Shown here: positions 50,547-62,383 of the stretch, one piece after another
How the letters are laid out: each line of letters begins with the position of its first letter
How positions within the stretch are numbered: the stretch's first letter is position 1
Assembly (NCBI GenBank): GCA_001683985.1
Contig: MAEO01000181.1
Location: 4,939-68,938, forward strand
Reading direction: 5' to 3'
Source: Smithella sp. M82
Lineage (GTDB): Bacteria; Desulfobacterota; Syntrophia; Syntrophales; Smithellaceae
Length of the DNA: 64,000 bases
Notes under the pieces: generated by a model
Databases searched by the model: none
What the model was told of the DNA's origin: nothing
Seen by the model: the letters and a program-made list of their open reading frames with translations, nothing else
Translations under genes and position numbers: made by a program

Positions 50547-50693
50547 TATTCCATTCTAAATCAAGCGCTATCTTTGTTGGCGTCGTCGTCGGCATCTTGC
50601 CCGGCGTATGCCGGGTCCTCGACGTATGTTCATATACACCTGCGGAGCATCCTCCTTGCCGCCTCGATATCATTATTGATTTAAAATGGAATA
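50547..50693. mobile_element. 147-bp TA-bounded MITE
   Basis: Terminal inverted repeats TATTCCATTCTAAATC / GATTTAAAATGGAATA (15/16); an extra degenerate right end at ~50742-50763. Confidence 0.75.
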
Positions 50694-50769
50694 ATAATGA
50701 ATTTTAAGACTAAAATGCTTAAACGCAAGGCGCGTGGTGAAACGCGATTTGATTTAGGAATGGTTTTCG

Positions 50770-51186
50770 TCAGGGTAAATCTTTGCCCTTCGTTGCCATC
50801 ATAAATCCCGCATGCTTCACGTTCTTGATGGCCTTCAATTTTTGATAGAGTTCTTCGATCTCTTTTGATCTGCCTTTGGTCACGATGATTTCAAAGCAGT
50901 TGCGGTGATCAAGATGTATGTGCTGGGTGGAAAGAATACAGGTATGATAATCATGCTGGACATCCAGAACTTTGGTTACCAGTTCTCTGGTATGGTGATC
51001 ATAAACCAGAGTTATTGCCCCTGTTACCTCTTTATTTTCCGTCCATTCCTTTTTGACCAGTTCCTCGCGAATCATATCGCGCAACGCTTCCGAGCGGTTG
51101 GTATATTTATTCTTTTTGATATGTTTATCAAATTTAACCAAAAGATCTTCTTCCAGCGATACGCCGAAACGAACCAGTTTGGACAT
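50770..51186 (-). CDS. nikR: Nickel-responsive regulator NikR
   Basis: RFGVSL ribbon-helix-helix, NRSEA.RD.IR, QH, HIHLDHRNC Ni site. Confidence 0.96.
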   Translation of the reverse strand: MSKLVRFGVSLEEDLLVKFDKHIKKNKYTNRSEALRDMIREELVKKEWTENKEVTGAITLVYDHHTRELVTKVLDVQHDYHTCILSTQHIHLDHRNCFEIIVTKGRSKEIEELYQKLKAIKNVKHAGFMMATKGKDLP

Positions 51187-51292
51187 AATATTTTCCCCCA
51201 TTGATGTTTTAGTATAGACATATTAAAGAATTGGGGCAAGAAATATTTGAAGAACGCTATCCCGACCGTTATTAGAACCTGACCGAAATAGT

Positions 51293-53146
51293 TCAAATTC
51301 CAACTGACTTTTTATTTTGAACTATTTCGGTCAGATAATTTGCCTTGAGGTCGTCGATCTGATAATAATCCGCCCTGAGCATAGCGGCGATTTCTCCGGC
51401 AAGATCAACCCTGGTGAATGTTTTTTTATCTTCCGTATCGATGACGATGTAATCTGTAGACGGCAATTCGCAAAGCAACCCGGCCATTTTGGGTATCTCC
51501 TCGCGCACGGGCATATCCGTGAGGCTTTGATTGGCCCGTCCGTCGGTGACAAGAACAATCAGGAATCTCGTTTCCGGCGATCTTTTATGAACCCGGCTGA
51601 TCAGGTTATATGTTCCTAAAAGACCGGCTGTTAAAGGCGTTTTCCCGCCTGTCGGGATTTCCAGCAACCGGCGTGACGCCATTTTAACACTCCCCGTCGG
51701 CGGCAAAACGACGTCGGCCTTGTTTTTGCGAAAAACAATAAGAGCAACCTTATCTCTTTTCTGACAGCAATCCATTAACAGGGACTGAATCGCTCCTTTG
51801 GTTTCCACCATTCTTTTTTGCGCCCCCATCGATCCCGATCCGTCAACAACGAAAATAACCAGGTGTCCCATCTTTTTTTCCCGTCTTTTGAAGCGCAGAT
51901 CTTCATGCTTGATAATGAGTAGTTCCTTTCTTCCCCGTATGGTCTGGAACGGGGCGGCCGCGCGAATGGTCGCGTCAACGGCAATATCATTATTGGGACT
52001 GAGAATACTTTTAATGTAACGGCCCCGTTTTCCTGATGAACCCGTCTTGGTCCGCCTTCCTGAAGCCGCACGGTTGATCCGGTCTTTGCGGAAAGTCAGA
52101 CGCCTGACCTTGAAATCAGCGCCCACATCAAATATTTTTTCCGCATCGCTGGACTGCCGCGGCGGTTTCTTGTCCTGACCCGCATCATCACGGTCATGAT
52201 CATTCTGCACATTTCTTCTGTTTTGAAGAGGCTCATGGCCGTTTCCCTGACCGTGTTCATTCCCGTTCTTTTCGTTCTCCGGTTTTTCATGATGGCGCTG
52301 CTTTTGCGTATCGTCCCGCTTCGTTTGCTGAAGCGCCCGTTTTCGATGCAGCAGAACCAGGGGCAGAACCCCATCGACATGTCTTGCCGTCATTTCCGTT
52401 TCCTTGCAGAAAGCTGCGTAGGCGCGGGCGGCGTAGAAAAGAAAGATATCTCCGCGATGACCGGCAGTGGAATTTTTAATGCAGGCATCGGCAATGATGT
52501 CTCTAATTTTTAAGGGAACATTGATTTCCTTTAAATTCCGGCGTGCTGTTTGAATGATTCGTCGCAGTTCGTCATCTTCATTAATACCTGCTCCGGTTCC
52601 GTTCAGGGCTCTTTTCATGACAGCGATTTTCTGCTCCCGCTCTTTCAGTCCTTCCCAAAGAACGCACATGCCGAAACGGTCCATAAAATGAGACGAGAGG
52701 GGACCCTCGTCGGGATTCATACTGGCGATAATTGTAAAGGGAAAGGGCTGATCTGGTTTGGATCCGTTATTTTCTTCAAAAGAACGAATATTACCGTGTG
52801 CTTTCATCAATAACGTAATGATCTCGGGTGCAATAAGATTGATGTCGTCAACGTAAACGATTCCGCCTCCGGCACGCTGGAGAAGGCCGGCGCTTTGGAC
52901 ATTGCGGCCGTTTTTAATGGTATTTTCCAGGTCAATACCGCCCAACAGGGCTTCCTCCATCGCATTCTGGGGGAGATTGGTAAACGGCACTCCATCGGGC
53001 AGCAAGCCGGGGAACATCCGCGCCAGAGTGGATTTCCCGCTTCCCTTTTCTCCGATAAATAAAACACCACCGCAGGACGCATCAATGGCGTTTAAAATTA
53101 AAGCCAGTTTGGCATCATCATGGCCGACAAAATTATGAAAACTCAC
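51293..53146 (-). CDS. chlD: Class I chelatase D-type subunit (AAA + linker + VWA; ChlD/BchD-like)
   Basis: GEKGSGKS, degenerate Walker B YVDDIN, polar linker, SGKRGRY, MIDAS DGSGSM, GGKTPL, TDGRAN. Confidence 0.85.
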   Translation of the reverse strand: MSFHNFVGHDDAKLALILNAIDASCGGVLFIGEKGSGKSTLARMFPGLLPDGVPFTNLPQNAMEEALLGGIDLENTIKNGRNVQSAGLLQRAGGGIVYVDDINLIAPEIITLLMKAHGNIRSFEENNGSKPDQPFPFTIIASMNPDEGPLSSHFMDRFGMCVLWEGLKEREQKIAVMKRALNGTGAGINEDDELRRIIQTARRNLKEINVPLKIRDIIADACIKNSTAGHRGDIFLFYAARAYAAFCKETEMTARHVDGVLPLVLLHRKRALQQTKRDDTQKQRHHEKPENEKNGNEHGQGNGHEPLQNRRNVQNDHDRDDAGQDKKPPRQSSDAEKIFDVGADFKVRRLTFRKDRINRAASGRRTKTGSSGKRGRYIKSILSPNNDIAVDATIRAAAPFQTIRGRKELLIIKHEDLRFKRREKKMGHLVIFVVDGSGSMGAQKRMVETKGAIQSLLMDCCQKRDKVALIVFRKNKADVVLPPTGSVKMASRRLLEIPTGGKTPLTAGLLGTYNLISRVHKRSPETRFLIVLVTDGRANQSLTDMPVREEIPKMAGLLCELPSTDYIVIDTEDKKTFTRVDLAGEIAAMLRADYYQIDDLKANYLTEIVQNKKSVGI

Positions 53147-54159
53147 GGCATAATCTCCTGAAGCAGAGAGGCAAGCTTTTCTTTTTCGCTGTCCGTAGTC
53201 TCGAAAGGTAATCGTTTCATGCGATGCGGCAAGGCTAGACGCGCCGCTTCGCGAATATTCTCCGCCGTGATCGAATCCTGCCCCCGGAAGGCGGCCAGCG
53301 CCCGGGATGCTTTCATGATGACAATATCCGCGCGATGTCCGTCCAGATTAAGGGGTGCGGTAACTGTGACGATCTTTTCCAGCACCGTATCGGGAACAGC
53401 AATGTTGTTTATCGCTGACTGAGCGTCGATGATCTTTTCGGCGAGGATTTTCTGTTCGTCCAGCCAGGACATTATAAAATTTTCCGGTACGGCATCGAAC
53501 AACGCTTTGCGGCGAAGAATTTCCATGCGCATTTCTTTATCGGCAATGGAAGCGACTTGAACGCAAAGTCCGAAACGGTCGATAAGTTGAGGCCGTAAAT
53601 CGCCTTCTTCGGGATTCATCGTGCCGACAAGAATGAATTTTGCGGGATGCGTGAAAGATACGCCCTCACGCTCCACCGAATTGATACCCATTGCTGCGGA
53701 ATCGAGGAGAAGATCGACAATATGATCCTCCAGAAGATTCACTTCATCAACATAAAGGAAATTACGGTTAGCATCCGCCAGAATGCCGGATTCAAAACGC
53801 TTCTCCCCTTTTTTAAGGGCGTGTTCGATATCGAGAGTTCCGATCAGACGATCCTCCGTTATTCCCAGCGGCAATTCCACCATCCGCATCTTTTTTTTGG
53901 CGCGGTGCAAGTGTTCCTCGGTTTTAAGGGTTTCTTTACAGTCGGTGCATAAAATGCCGTCGGGGTCGCAGTTGAAAGGACACCCTTTGACTACGGTCAA
54001 CTCCGGCAGTAATTCCGCCAGCGATCTCACGGCGGTGCTCTTGGCGGTTCCCTTTTCCCCCATGATTAAAAGACCGCCAATGGAGGGATCGATAACATTG
54101 ACGATCAAACCAATCTTCATTTCTTCCTGACCTACGATAGCCGTGAATGGGAATATCAT
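53143..54159 (-). CDS. chlI: Class I chelatase I-type AAA+ subunit (ChlI/BchI-like)
   Basis: [44 protein letters not shown]. Confidence 0.92.
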   Translation of the reverse strand: MIFPFTAIVGQEEMKIGLIVNVIDPSIGGLLIMGEKGTAKSTAVRSLAELLPELTVVKGCPFNCDPDGILCTDCKETLKTEEHLHRAKKKMRMVELPLGITEDRLIGTLDIEHALKKGEKRFESGILADANRNFLYVDEVNLLEDHIVDLLLDSAAMGINSVEREGVSFTHPAKFILVGTMNPEEGDLRPQLIDRFGLCVQVASIADKEMRMEILRRKALFDAVPENFIMSWLDEQKILAEKIIDAQSAINNIAVPDTVLEKIVTVTAPLNLDGHRADIVIMKASRALAAFRGQDSITAENIREAARLALPHRMKRLPFETTDSEKEKLASLLQEIMP

Positions 54160-57100
54160 CCTAAAATCTCCTTCATTTTGTTTTTCCAATGGGCAACTTC
54201 ATCCTGGGTAATGATATCAATGTTTCCTCCCTGAAAATCCCCCTTCATGTCGCCCATTTTTTCTTCGATCCAGCCTTCAATTTCCACATAAAGCTGTTTC
54301 AGCGCGTCTTTGACATCGGGAGCGGGATTCCACAGGTCCCGTTCGGCTGCTTCGATGAGTCGCCTCGCCATTTCTTCCAAAGCCCATGGATTATTTTCTT
54401 CAAAAAACTTCCGGTTTTCATCGTTCATCATAAACGTTCTGGTCACATCGTCAAAAACCTCATCATCCACGGCTCTGGCTGTAGCCTGCCAGCCGTAAAG
54501 GCGGCCGACGCGCTTGCTAATTTCACCGGCTCCTTTGTAACCGTGCTCTTTCATGCCGTCGATCCATGCCGGATTCAGTATCTTTGCGCGGGCGATGCGC
54601 CGGACTTCTTCGGTCAGCGTGCGGACGGAAACTTTGCCCGGTTCACGCGTATCGCCATAATAATTTAAGATGTCTTCCCTGCCGGACACCACACGCGCCG
54701 CATTGATCATGCCACCGTGTGTGCCGAAATAACAGCAACAACCGGTCAGATCGTATTCATCAGTCACGGAACGATTGAAAGACAGATCGATGGATTGCAG
54801 GCTTGTCTTCAAGTCCTGATGAGCCGGTTCTCCGAACGTATCCTTGCCGTAGGCGTAGCCGTTCCAGTACAGAAACACATCGGACAAATCCTTCTGCGTT
54901 TTCCATGCGGAGGCGTAGACGGCAAGCTGCGTTCCCGCCTGATAAGTGCCGGGCATGCCGGCAAAGATTCTGTAAGAGGCTTTACGCAAATCTTCGATCG
55001 ATGGATTTGTATTGGCGCCCAGTTTCTCCATCGTATGTTTCCGGACAAAATTCATCCCGGGCGGTTCATCCAAATCGCTGACCGACCGGACCGCTTCGTC
55101 AAGCAGACCAATGGCGCCGGAAAAGTTATCCCGTGTAATACCGGAAACCCGAACGGTGATATCGATGCGCGGTCTTCCCAATTCCGTGAGCGGTATGATC
55201 TCAAAGCCTTTGACGCGGCCGTTGTTGCGCCAGACGGGTTTGACGCCGAGAAGATAAAGCATTTGCGCCATTCCTTCACCGTCCGACCACATGATATCGG
55301 TGCATTGCCAGTAAAAGGCAATGTTCTCCGGCGGTCGGCCTGTTGCTTCCCGATATTTACTGATTGTTTTATTCGCAAGCATTTTGCCTGTTTCCCAGGC
55401 GGCTTGCGACGGTATGCGCTGAGGATCCAGAGAGTAGAAATTTCTTCCCGACGGCAGAACGTCGCTGCGGCCGCCGGTGATCAGTCCCGAAGGACCCGGC
55501 TCAATATAGCCGCCGTTCAAGCCGTTAAGCAGGGCGGCCGTTTCATCGGATTCCAATATCCTTGTGCGCAAGTCGGTTAATTTACTTTCCACCTCGCGGA
55601 GGACTTTTCTTTCCGAAATGCCGATTTCGTATTGTTCTCCGATTGTATCTCCCGGCGACATATGGTGAAGAATGAAACTGCGGCAGGCATTCCGGGCTGT
55701 CTCTTCCACGGCATCTTCCAAATACTTCCCTGTTTTCAGAGATTGCCGCTCAATGATGGTGAGCAGAATCCCGCGCAGCGAGTCAGGTGCATTTTCATAG
55801 CGGGCAATGGCGTAAACGAAATCACCCAGCTTTTCGCCTTGGGGAATCCTGCCGAAGATGTGCATTCCCCTGGGAATAAAAGTGTTCTTGTACAGGGAAA
55901 GGCGGTCGTGGATTTCCCGCGCCTTTTGGCTGAAATTATCGTGCAGGGATTCGTCCGGGCCGTCCAGAAGGTTCAGCCCCTTGATTCGATCTGCAATCAT
56001 ATGCGCAATGGTATGAGCGCGGGAAGGCTCGGTCTCTCTGTAGCGTCCGTATTCATCCAGAAGCTTTTCCACCTGCTCCAGATCGCCATACAACTCTCCC
56101 TTTATCATGACCGTCTGCATGTGATCGACAAGCGCCGCATTGCTCCTTCGTTTGGCGGTTGTGCCTTCGGGCGGATTGTCGGCGTTATAGATATATAAGT
56201 GCGGCATTGTGTCGATGCCGATATCCGGGAAACAGCCTGAAGACAGGCCGGTTGCTTTGCCGGGAAGGAACTCCAGATTGCCGTGCGTGCCGACATGAAT
56301 GATGCTGTCCGCGCAAAATTTACGAGACAACCATTGATAAGTCGCTACATACTGATGGGGCGGCGGGACGTCAGGGCTATGAAGAACCTTGCAGACTTGG
56401 CCGTTGCATTTTGCTCCGGCGCATCCCCTCTTGGGCTGAGCGCAGACAACAGCATTCCCGTATTGCACGCCGGTAACCAGAATTTTGCCGTCGTGCACCA
56501 TGGCGGCCGGAACCCCGTCTTTCACTCCGCCCGGCGGATCGCCCCACACCTCGCTCATCCGCATACGTGTTTGCGCCGGCAATTCATCAAACCAAAGGCG
56601 GTACTGGTCCAGATCAATCATATCCAGTGCGCCTCCTTTGTCGACAATTTCCTCAACCGTCGTCCAGCGAAATTCCGAAATGGCCTTTTTATCCATGATG
56701 TCGTTGATGAGAGCCTTGCCGTTTGCGGGTGCTGTGACCCTGTAACCCTCGCGGGACAACTGTTTTAGAATATCGGCGACACTTTCCAGGGAATCCAGAT
56801 GGGCGCCCGCCCCGATTGTCGCTTCCATGGAGGCACAGGGATTGTTGTGCAGGATAAAGGCGATCTTCTTTTGAGCATTCGGTTTTTTTCTGAGCTGAAT
56901 CCAGCGGAAGATTTTCGCCGCCAGCCGCTCGATGCGGTCTTCGATCGGTTCGTACGATTCGCTTTCGGGCTTGTCGATTCCCCGGGTTGCGCCGATCACG
57001 AAGGGTTCTATAACGCCTTCAAACTCCGGCATGGCAATACTCCAGGCGGCCTGAGCGCCAAGGCCGCTGGAATCATCGAGCCACTGCTCATGATTTTTAT

Positions 57101-57953
57101 AGTAAGAAATAACCGGACCGAAAAGAGGGATATTCAGCTTCTTCATCAACATCGCTCCTCCGGACGCTTCAACAGATTTCATTTCTCCCCGCGACGATTC
57201 CAGGAAAAAGGAGGTCAATTTGACTATGCCGTCGACGAGCAGGTCATCGTCTTTCATAAAAAACTTTTCAATGGCCTCGACGCCGCTCAGATTTCCGATA
57301 TTTTGATCCTTCAGGGAATAAAGAAAAGCCGGAATGACGCCCAACCCTTTTTTCTCCAGAGCGGCTATGAGACATTTTTCGACTTCCAGATTGCCGGTTG
57401 CCCAGTTGGAACGGGAATAGAGAATACCGACATAAGCGGAGGGCCGGAAGGAAACAGTTTTTTCATATTGTTTGATGTAATCCTTTGTTGAAGTAAATAA
57501 ACTATTCATTGCGGGATGATAAATTCCCTCCCAGGAGACGGCTTGGGGTTCTTTATAAACAACCGATTCATGAAGGACGTTATGCAAAATAAACTTCAAC
57601 ATCTCTCCGATATTTTCCCTTCCGTTGAACAATAGATAATTGTATACGGCGGCGACAATTTCCGGATTGACGGCAGACGCCGTCCACAGGGACGGATCAC
57701 TGCCGACGACAATAACGGGGACTCTTTTTTGCAGTACCTTTAGTTCGTCGTCGATTTCATCCCAGAATCCTTCGGCGCTGCGGTATAAAAGAATCATGTC
57801 CGCTGTTTTCATGTCCCGCAGCGCGTCCGTCATGATTTCAGGGCAAAGATTCAGTTGTTTGCCGGAGTAGGCTGTTAAGTCGATGTTCAGACTCTGTGCC
57901 GCTTCTTTCAAAAACGGCAGATAGCTTGCCCCCATGATCGTGAAAATTTTCAT
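54156..57953 (-). CDS. cobN: CobN/ChlH-family chelatase large subunit
   Basis: [58 protein letters not shown]. Confidence 0.93.
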   Translation of the reverse strand: MKIFTIMGASYLPFLKEAAQSLNIDLTAYSGKQLNLCPEIMTDALRDMKTADMILLYRSAEGFWDEIDDELKVLQKRVPVIVVGSDPSLWTASAVNPEIVAAVYNYLLFNGRENIGEMLKFILHNVLHESVVYKEPQAVSWEGIYHPAMNSLFTSTKDYIKQYEKTVSFRPSAYVGILYSRSNWATGNLEVEKCLIAALEKKGLGVIPAFLYSLKDQNIGNLSGVEAIEKFFMKDDDLLVDGIVKLTSFFLESSRGEMKSVEASGGAMLMKKLNIPLFGPVISYYKNHEQWLDDSSGLGAQAAWSIAMPEFEGVIEPFVIGATRGIDKPESESYEPIEDRIERLAAKIFRWIQLRKKPNAQKKIAFILHNNPCASMEATIGAGAHLDSLESVADILKQLSREGYRVTAPANGKALINDIMDKKAISEFRWTTVEEIVDKGGALDMIDLDQYRLWFDELPAQTRMRMSEVWGDPPGGVKDGVPAAMVHDGKILVTGVQYGNAVVCAQPKRGCAGAKCNGQVCKVLHSPDVPPPHQYVATYQWLSRKFCADSIIHVGTHGNLEFLPGKATGLSSGCFPDIGIDTMPHLYIYNADNPPEGTTAKRRSNAALVDHMQTVMIKGELYGDLEQVEKLLDEYGRYRETEPSRAHTIAHMIADRIKGLNLLDGPDESLHDNFSQKAREIHDRLSLYKNTFIPRGMHIFGRIPQGEKLGDFVYAIARYENAPDSLRGILLTIIERQSLKTGKYLEDAVEETARNACRSFILHHMSPGDTIGEQYEIGISERKVLREVESKLTDLRTRILESDETAALLNGLNGGYIEPGPSGLITGGRSDVLPSGRNFYSLDPQRIPSQAAWETGKMLANKTISKYREATGRPPENIAFYWQCTDIMWSDGEGMAQMLYLLGVKPVWRNNGRVKGFEIIPLTELGRPRIDITVRVSGITRDNFSGAIGLLDEAVRSVSDLDEPPGMNFVRKHTMEKLGANTNPSIEDLRKASYRIFAGMPGTYQAGTQLAVYASAWKTQKDLSDVFLYWNGYAYGKDTFGEPAHQDLKTSLQSIDLSFNRSVTDEYDLTGCCCYFGTHGGMINAARVVSGREDILNYYGDTREPGKVSVRTLTEEVRRIARAKILNPAWIDGMKEHGYKGAGEISKRVGRLYGWQATARAVDDEVFDDVTRTFMMNDENRKFFEENNPWALEEMARRLIEAAERDLWNPAPDVKDALKQLYVEIEGWIEEKMGDMKGDFQGGNIDIITQDEVAHWKNKMKEILG

Positions 57954-57969
57954 AATTTCTTTCCTCTCA

Positions 57970-58719
57970 TCATTCGTTGTACTCTCGTATCAACCTGGAA
58001 CCGTAAATAAAAAATACCAGGGAATAGATCAGCAAAAGGCCGAAGGATATACAGCTTTCCACATCGGGAACCGGTTTTCTGATTGCGATATTGGTGTGCG
58101 TCAGCGGCATAATATAAACAACGGCTTTCAGGACAAGCGGTATTTTATCGACCGGGAAAAAAGTCCCGCTGAAGAAAGCCATCGGCATAATCAGAAAATT
58201 GGAATACGTGGAGGTGTCTTCATGAGACTTGGCCCTCATTCCGATGATCACGCCCAGATTGGCGAAAAGAAAACAGTTCAACAGCAGCGTAATCACAAAA
58301 AAACAGGAAATGGAAAAGTGATCGGAGGCAACGAATCCGACAATAATGATCAGCGAGGAAGCAAAAAGCCCTTTGGCCATGCCCGCCAGAACTTCGCCCG
58401 CCATGATGGCGGAAGGCCGGATAGGCGCCTGGATGAATATCTGAAAGGTCTTGAAGTAGAGCCGGTTAAGCGTCAGGGAACTGGCCACCCAGGAATAGGA
58501 ATTGTTCATGGAACTCATGGCGACAAGTCCCGGAATAAGGAAACTCAGATAATCCATGCCGCCGACGTTGACCCGGCGTCCCAGACCCAAACCGAAAGCC
58601 ACCAGATAAATGATCGGTATCACCATTGCCGAAAAAATATATCCCAGTTTCAGCAGTTTCCGGCGGAAATGCAGAATCTCTTTTAGAAAAACCGGATACC
58701 AATCCATAGCGGACCTCAA
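57970..58719 (-). CDS. ABC-2 type exporter permease
   Basis: YLSFLIPG, PMAFFSGTFFP, PLTH; 6 TMs. Confidence 0.88.
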   Translation of the reverse strand: MRSAMDWYPVFLKEILHFRRKLLKLGYIFSAMVIPIIYLVAFGLGLGRRVNVGGMDYLSFLIPGLVAMSSMNNSYSWVASSLTLNRLYFKTFQIFIQAPIRPSAIMAGEVLAGMAKGLFASSLIIIVGFVASDHFSISCFFVITLLLNCFLFANLGVIIGMRAKSHEDTSTYSNFLIMPMAFFSGTFFPVDKIPLVLKAVVYIMPLTHTNIAIRKPVPDVESCISFGLLLIYSLVFFIYGSRLIREYNE

Positions 58720-59546
58720 ATGCGTTCTCCTGTAAGATTAATGAAAACGTCTTCCATGTTCGTTTTGCGAATTGTGACGCTGCCGCTGTAATTGCGGGCT
58801 TTATCGTGCGCTTCATCGCGATTACGGCAGATCGTCTGGATGAGCTTTCCCTTTTCATCAATGAATTCTACTGTATATTCCCCTAAACCGTTTTTGAGAT
58901 TTTGCGGCGTATCCAACGCAATCAATTTCCCCCGATTCAGAATGCCCACCCGGTGACACAGGGCTTCCGCCTCTTCTATATAATGGGTTGTGATGACAAC
59001 CGTCCGGCCTTCAATTCCGGTTTTTCTGATCACATCCCACAGGTGTCTTCTGATCTGCGGGTCCAGACCGATGGAAGGCTCGTCGAGAAAAAGCACTTCC
59101 GGTTGCGATAAAAGCGATCTGGCCAGAAGCAGTCGTCTTTGCATGCCGCCGGAAAATTCCGCCACGGCTGTATTTTTTCTGTCCCGGAGATCGACCATTT
59201 TGAGATGGTCGCTGATTTTATTTTCACAGTCGGCAACATGATGAAGCATTCCGTATATGCGGAGATTCTCATAAGCCGTCAGTTCACGATCAAGATTGTT
59301 TTCTTGGGGCACGACACCGATAAGTTTCTTGATGGACTCGCGTTCCAGGACAACATCATATCCCTTGACCTTGCAATGTCCTGCGTCCGGTTTGCTGAGC
59401 GTGGTTAGGACTTTGATGGTGGTTGTTTTCCCCGCGCCGTTCGGCCCCAGCAAACCGAAAACTTCTCCTTGGCGAATGGTAAAACTGACATCATCCACGG
59501 CACATACGTTGCGATACGTTTTGGTCAAATTTGTAATTTCAATCAT
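58716..59546 (-). CDS. ABC-2 type exporter ATPase (NodI/DrrA-like)
   Basis: GPNGAGKT, VVPQE, FSGGMQRR, DEPSIGLDP, TTHYIEEAE. Confidence 0.9.
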   Translation of the reverse strand: MIEITNLTKTYRNVCAVDDVSFTIRQGEVFGLLGPNGAGKTTTIKVLTTLSKPDAGHCKVKGYDVVLERESIKKLIGVVPQENNLDRELTAYENLRIYGMLHHVADCENKISDHLKMVDLRDRKNTAVAEFSGGMQRRLLLARSLLSQPEVLFLDEPSIGLDPQIRRHLWDVIRKTGIEGRTVVITTHYIEEAEALCHRVGILNRGKLIALDTPQNLKNGLGEYTVEFIDEKGKLIQTICRNRDEAHDKARNYSGSVTIRKTNMEDVFINLTGERI

Positions 59547-60325
59547 AACGACACCCGCGGATAAATAATGTTTGTTCCGTCGCAGTTGACGACGTTGACA
59601 TCGAGCCCGTACATTTGCCGCAGATTCTCCCGGGTCAATACTTCATCCGGAGCGCCCTGGGCGACGATTTTGCCGTTTTCAATCATAACAACCTGATCGG
59701 AAAACTGCATAGCCAGATTCGGGTCATGAAGGGTCATCAGAACGGTCAACCCTTTCCGGCGGACAACTTCCCTGACCTTGCTCAAGATCATGATCTGGTT
59801 GTGAAAATCCAAATGCGACGTCGGCTCGTCCAGAATTAAAATAGGGGCGTCCTGAGCCAGTGCCCGGGCAATGAGCGTCAGGTGCCGCTCACCGCCGCTG
59901 ATTTTGGTGTAAGGCCGTTTACGCAAATGGCCGATTCCTACCTTGTCAATCGCTTCGTCAGCCGCGGCAAAATCGCTTTTCGACGGCACGGCAAACATGG
60001 AGATGTGGGACACCCTTCCCATCAGAACAACTTCCTCCACCGTGTAAGGAAACGGCGGTTCATGCTCCTGCGGCACCACGGCAATAATTCCCGCTCTTTC
60101 GGCAGGGGATATTTTTGTTAAATCCCGGTCACCGAAGAAAATCGTCCCGTGCTGCGGATGCCAGAGACCGGAAATGCATTTGAACAAGGTTGTCTTACCC
60201 GAACCGTTTGGTCCCAAAAGGGCCGTCATCAATCCTTCGTCAAGTCGATAACTGATGCCCTTCAGAATATCTGTCGTGCCGTGGGCATGCCGGAAATACA
60301 GGTCTTTCATTATCAGCATATTCAA
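59543..60325 (-). CDS. Fe-siderophore/heme/B12 ABC importer ATPase (FecE/BtuD-like)
   Basis: GPNGSGKT, ISGGE, DEPTSHLD, TLHDPNLA. Confidence 0.9.
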   Translation of the reverse strand: MNMLIMKDLYFRHAHGTTDILKGISYRLDEGLMTALLGPNGSGKTTLFKCISGLWHPQHGTIFFGDRDLTKISPAERAGIIAVVPQEHEPPFPYTVEEVVLMGRVSHISMFAVPSKSDFAAADEAIDKVGIGHLRKRPYTKISGGERHLTLIARALAQDAPILILDEPTSHLDFHNQIMILSKVREVVRRKGLTVLMTLHDPNLAMQFSDQVVMIENGKIVAQGAPDEVLTRENLRQMYGLDVNVVNCDGTNIIYPRVSL

Positions 60326-61332
60326 CGCCCCCAGCTTTCCTTGCCGCCCCGCTGCATCAGATAAACAAAGAACGGCGCGCCGATTATTGCCGTGATAATG
60401 CCGACGGGAATATCAAACGAAGTCATATTTCTGGCCAGCGTGTCGGCAAAAATCATGAAAGACGCTCCCCCTGCGATACTCAGGGGCACAAGGTTCTTGT
60501 GGTCGGGACCGCACAGCATGCGAAGCAGATGGGGTACCATCAGTCCCACCCAGCCGATAATACCGCTTACGGAAACCGCAACACTCACTATCAGCGTGGA
60601 GGCGGCAATAAATATAATTCTTTCCCTTGTTACATGAACTCCCAGCGTCCTGGCTTCATCATCCCCCATGCTGATGACATTGAGACGCCAACGCATAAAA
60701 AAGATGGGAATAAGACCCGCGGCAATGCCCAAACCGGCAATGTGCACCTGCTGCCAGTCGGCCAGAGCGAAACTTCCCATCAGCCAATAAACGATGTTTT
60801 GGAGCTTGTGGGGATCAACCAGAAATTTCACGATAGAAACGAGAGCGGTAAAAAAGGCGGAAATAATCACACCGGATAAGATTAACGGCAGACGGGATAT
60901 TTCTCCCTGTGTTCCGGCAATGATATAGGCGAGAAAAACAGCGATAATGCTGAACAGAAAAGCCGGTACCTGAACGGGAAATGCCGGGAAAAATCCGATA
61001 GAAACGGCACAACCCAAAGCAGCGCCTGCGGATATACCGAGAATGAACGGATCAACCAGCGGGTTGCGGAAAATTCCCTGAAGCGTAACACCGGATACCG
61101 ATAAAGCAATGCCTACAAGACCGGCCAGAATTATTCGCGGCAACCGGATATCCATGATAATGGAACGCTCCGGTATATTGGTCAAGCCGGATGAAACCGG
61201 AGAAATTCCCTCGGCGATAATCTTCAAAACCATCCGTGGCGACATGTCATACGAACCCAGAAAAAGCGCCAACCCCGCCAGAAGCAAAGGGGATATAATA
61301 ATGATAAAATAAACCGGTAATTTAATTTTCAA
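60322..61332 (-). CDS. FecCD/BtuC-family permease
   Basis: RLPRI, QGIFRNPLVDP..LGISAGA, GWVGLMVPH, AD..AR. Confidence 0.92.
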   Translation of the reverse strand: MKIKLPVYFIIIISPLLLAGLALFLGSYDMSPRMVLKIIAEGISPVSSGLTNIPERSIIMDIRLPRIILAGLVGIALSVSGVTLQGIFRNPLVDPFILGISAGAALGCAVSIGFFPAFPVQVPAFLFSIIAVFLAYIIAGTQGEISRLPLILSGVIISAFFTALVSIVKFLVDPHKLQNIVYWLMGSFALADWQQVHIAGLGIAAGLIPIFFMRWRLNVISMGDDEARTLGVHVTRERIIFIAASTLIVSVAVSVSGIIGWVGLMVPHLLRMLCGPDHKNLVPLSIAGGASFMIFADTLARNMTSFDIPVGIITAIIGAPFFVYLMQRGGKESWGR

Positions 61333-62383
61333 TTTTCTTTACCCTGTTATAGCCGATGCCGAATACTTTTTTATAAAATTGATCCGCTCTGGCGGAAAAG
61401 TTTATATCGCCGAACCGGGCCGGATATGTTTTTATGGCCATCCAAAGGGTAACCGGTGCCAGCCGTGGGGACCATGTGGACCATTCCGGCGCCTTATAGA
61501 CGCGTCCTTCCCTTACCGCCTTAACGGCTTGCCACTGGGGATTTTTGATAATGTCATTCGAACCGTATGCGGCATTGCCCCAGATAAAGATAACATCGGG
61601 GTTCCATGCAATGATGCGCTCAATAGGCACATCGGCATTGCGCTGCTCAATAACCGATGCCGGATTGATGCCTCCGATCATATTGATAATATCGTTATTG
61701 ACACCGATACGGCACGCAACCGCGTTGGGACGCGAACCGATCCATAACACTTTTTGTTTTTCCCCTGTGGGTATTGATGCGACTCTTTTTTTAATCTCGC
61801 TGAAAACATCTTCCATGAGAGCGATAACGTTGCGCATTTCTTTTTCCTTGCTGAAAATCCTGCCCTGAAAGTTTATGGCTTCATACAACTCGGGAATACT
61901 TTCCGGATAAAGGCTGATGACCCGGATTCCTCTTTCTTCCATAAAACGAACATTGGCCGGATTGACTGTCCAGGTGATCACCAGATCAGGCTGTAACCGC
62001 AGAAGCGTCTCCATGTTGACGTCAATGCCGCTTCCTGCCGACGGTATTTTTTTTCTAATATCGGGCATTGCCGCCTTCATGAGATCATTGTTGTAAGCAT
62101 ATCTGCCAATACCGACAACTCTGTTCCAAATTCCCAAAGCGGGAATCAATTCATAAGTCTGAAAAAAAACTGCTCGCTTGACCGGCAGCGGAATGCTCAC
62201 TGTTCGGTCCAGTTTGTCTTTATAAATCACAGTTTCAGCTTCTGCTTTCTGCAATAAAAGGGGTAAAAACAGGAGTATAACAATTAGTCCGATTATTTTA
62301 AGCCCCTGCAATCCTATGTCAACGCGTTGCAGGGGCTGTTTTTTGATTATTATTCTCTTTGATCTTTTAACTTCTGTTCTCAA
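61322..62383 (-). CDS. Class III periplasmic binding protein (TroA/BtuF-like)
   Basis: DKLDRTV, METLLRLQPDLV, E.IIAWNPDVI, AV..GRVY. Confidence 0.88.
   Translation of the reverse strand: MRTEVKRSKRIIIKKQPLQRVDIGLQGLKIIGLIVILLFLPLLLQKAEAETVIYKDKLDRTVSIPLPVKRAVFFQTYELIPALGIWNRVVGIGRYAYNNDLMKAAMPDIRKKIPSAGSGIDVNMETLLRLQPDLVITWTVNPANVRFMEERGIRVISLYPESIPELYEAINFQGRIFSKEKEMRNVIALMEDVFSEIKKRVASIPTGEKQKVLWIGSRPNAVACRIGVNNDIINMIGGINPASVIEQRNADVPIERIIAWNPDVIFIWGNAAYGSNDIIKNPQWQAVKAVREGRVYKAPEWSTWSPRLAPVTLWMAIKTYPARFGDINFSARADQFYKKVFGIGYNRVKKIEN

Noticed and set aside
54717-58686. Long plus-strand ORFs (287, 188, 161, 230, 250 aa) opposite cobN and the ABC-2 permease
   Set aside because: Antisense shadows of GC-rich genes with no motifs
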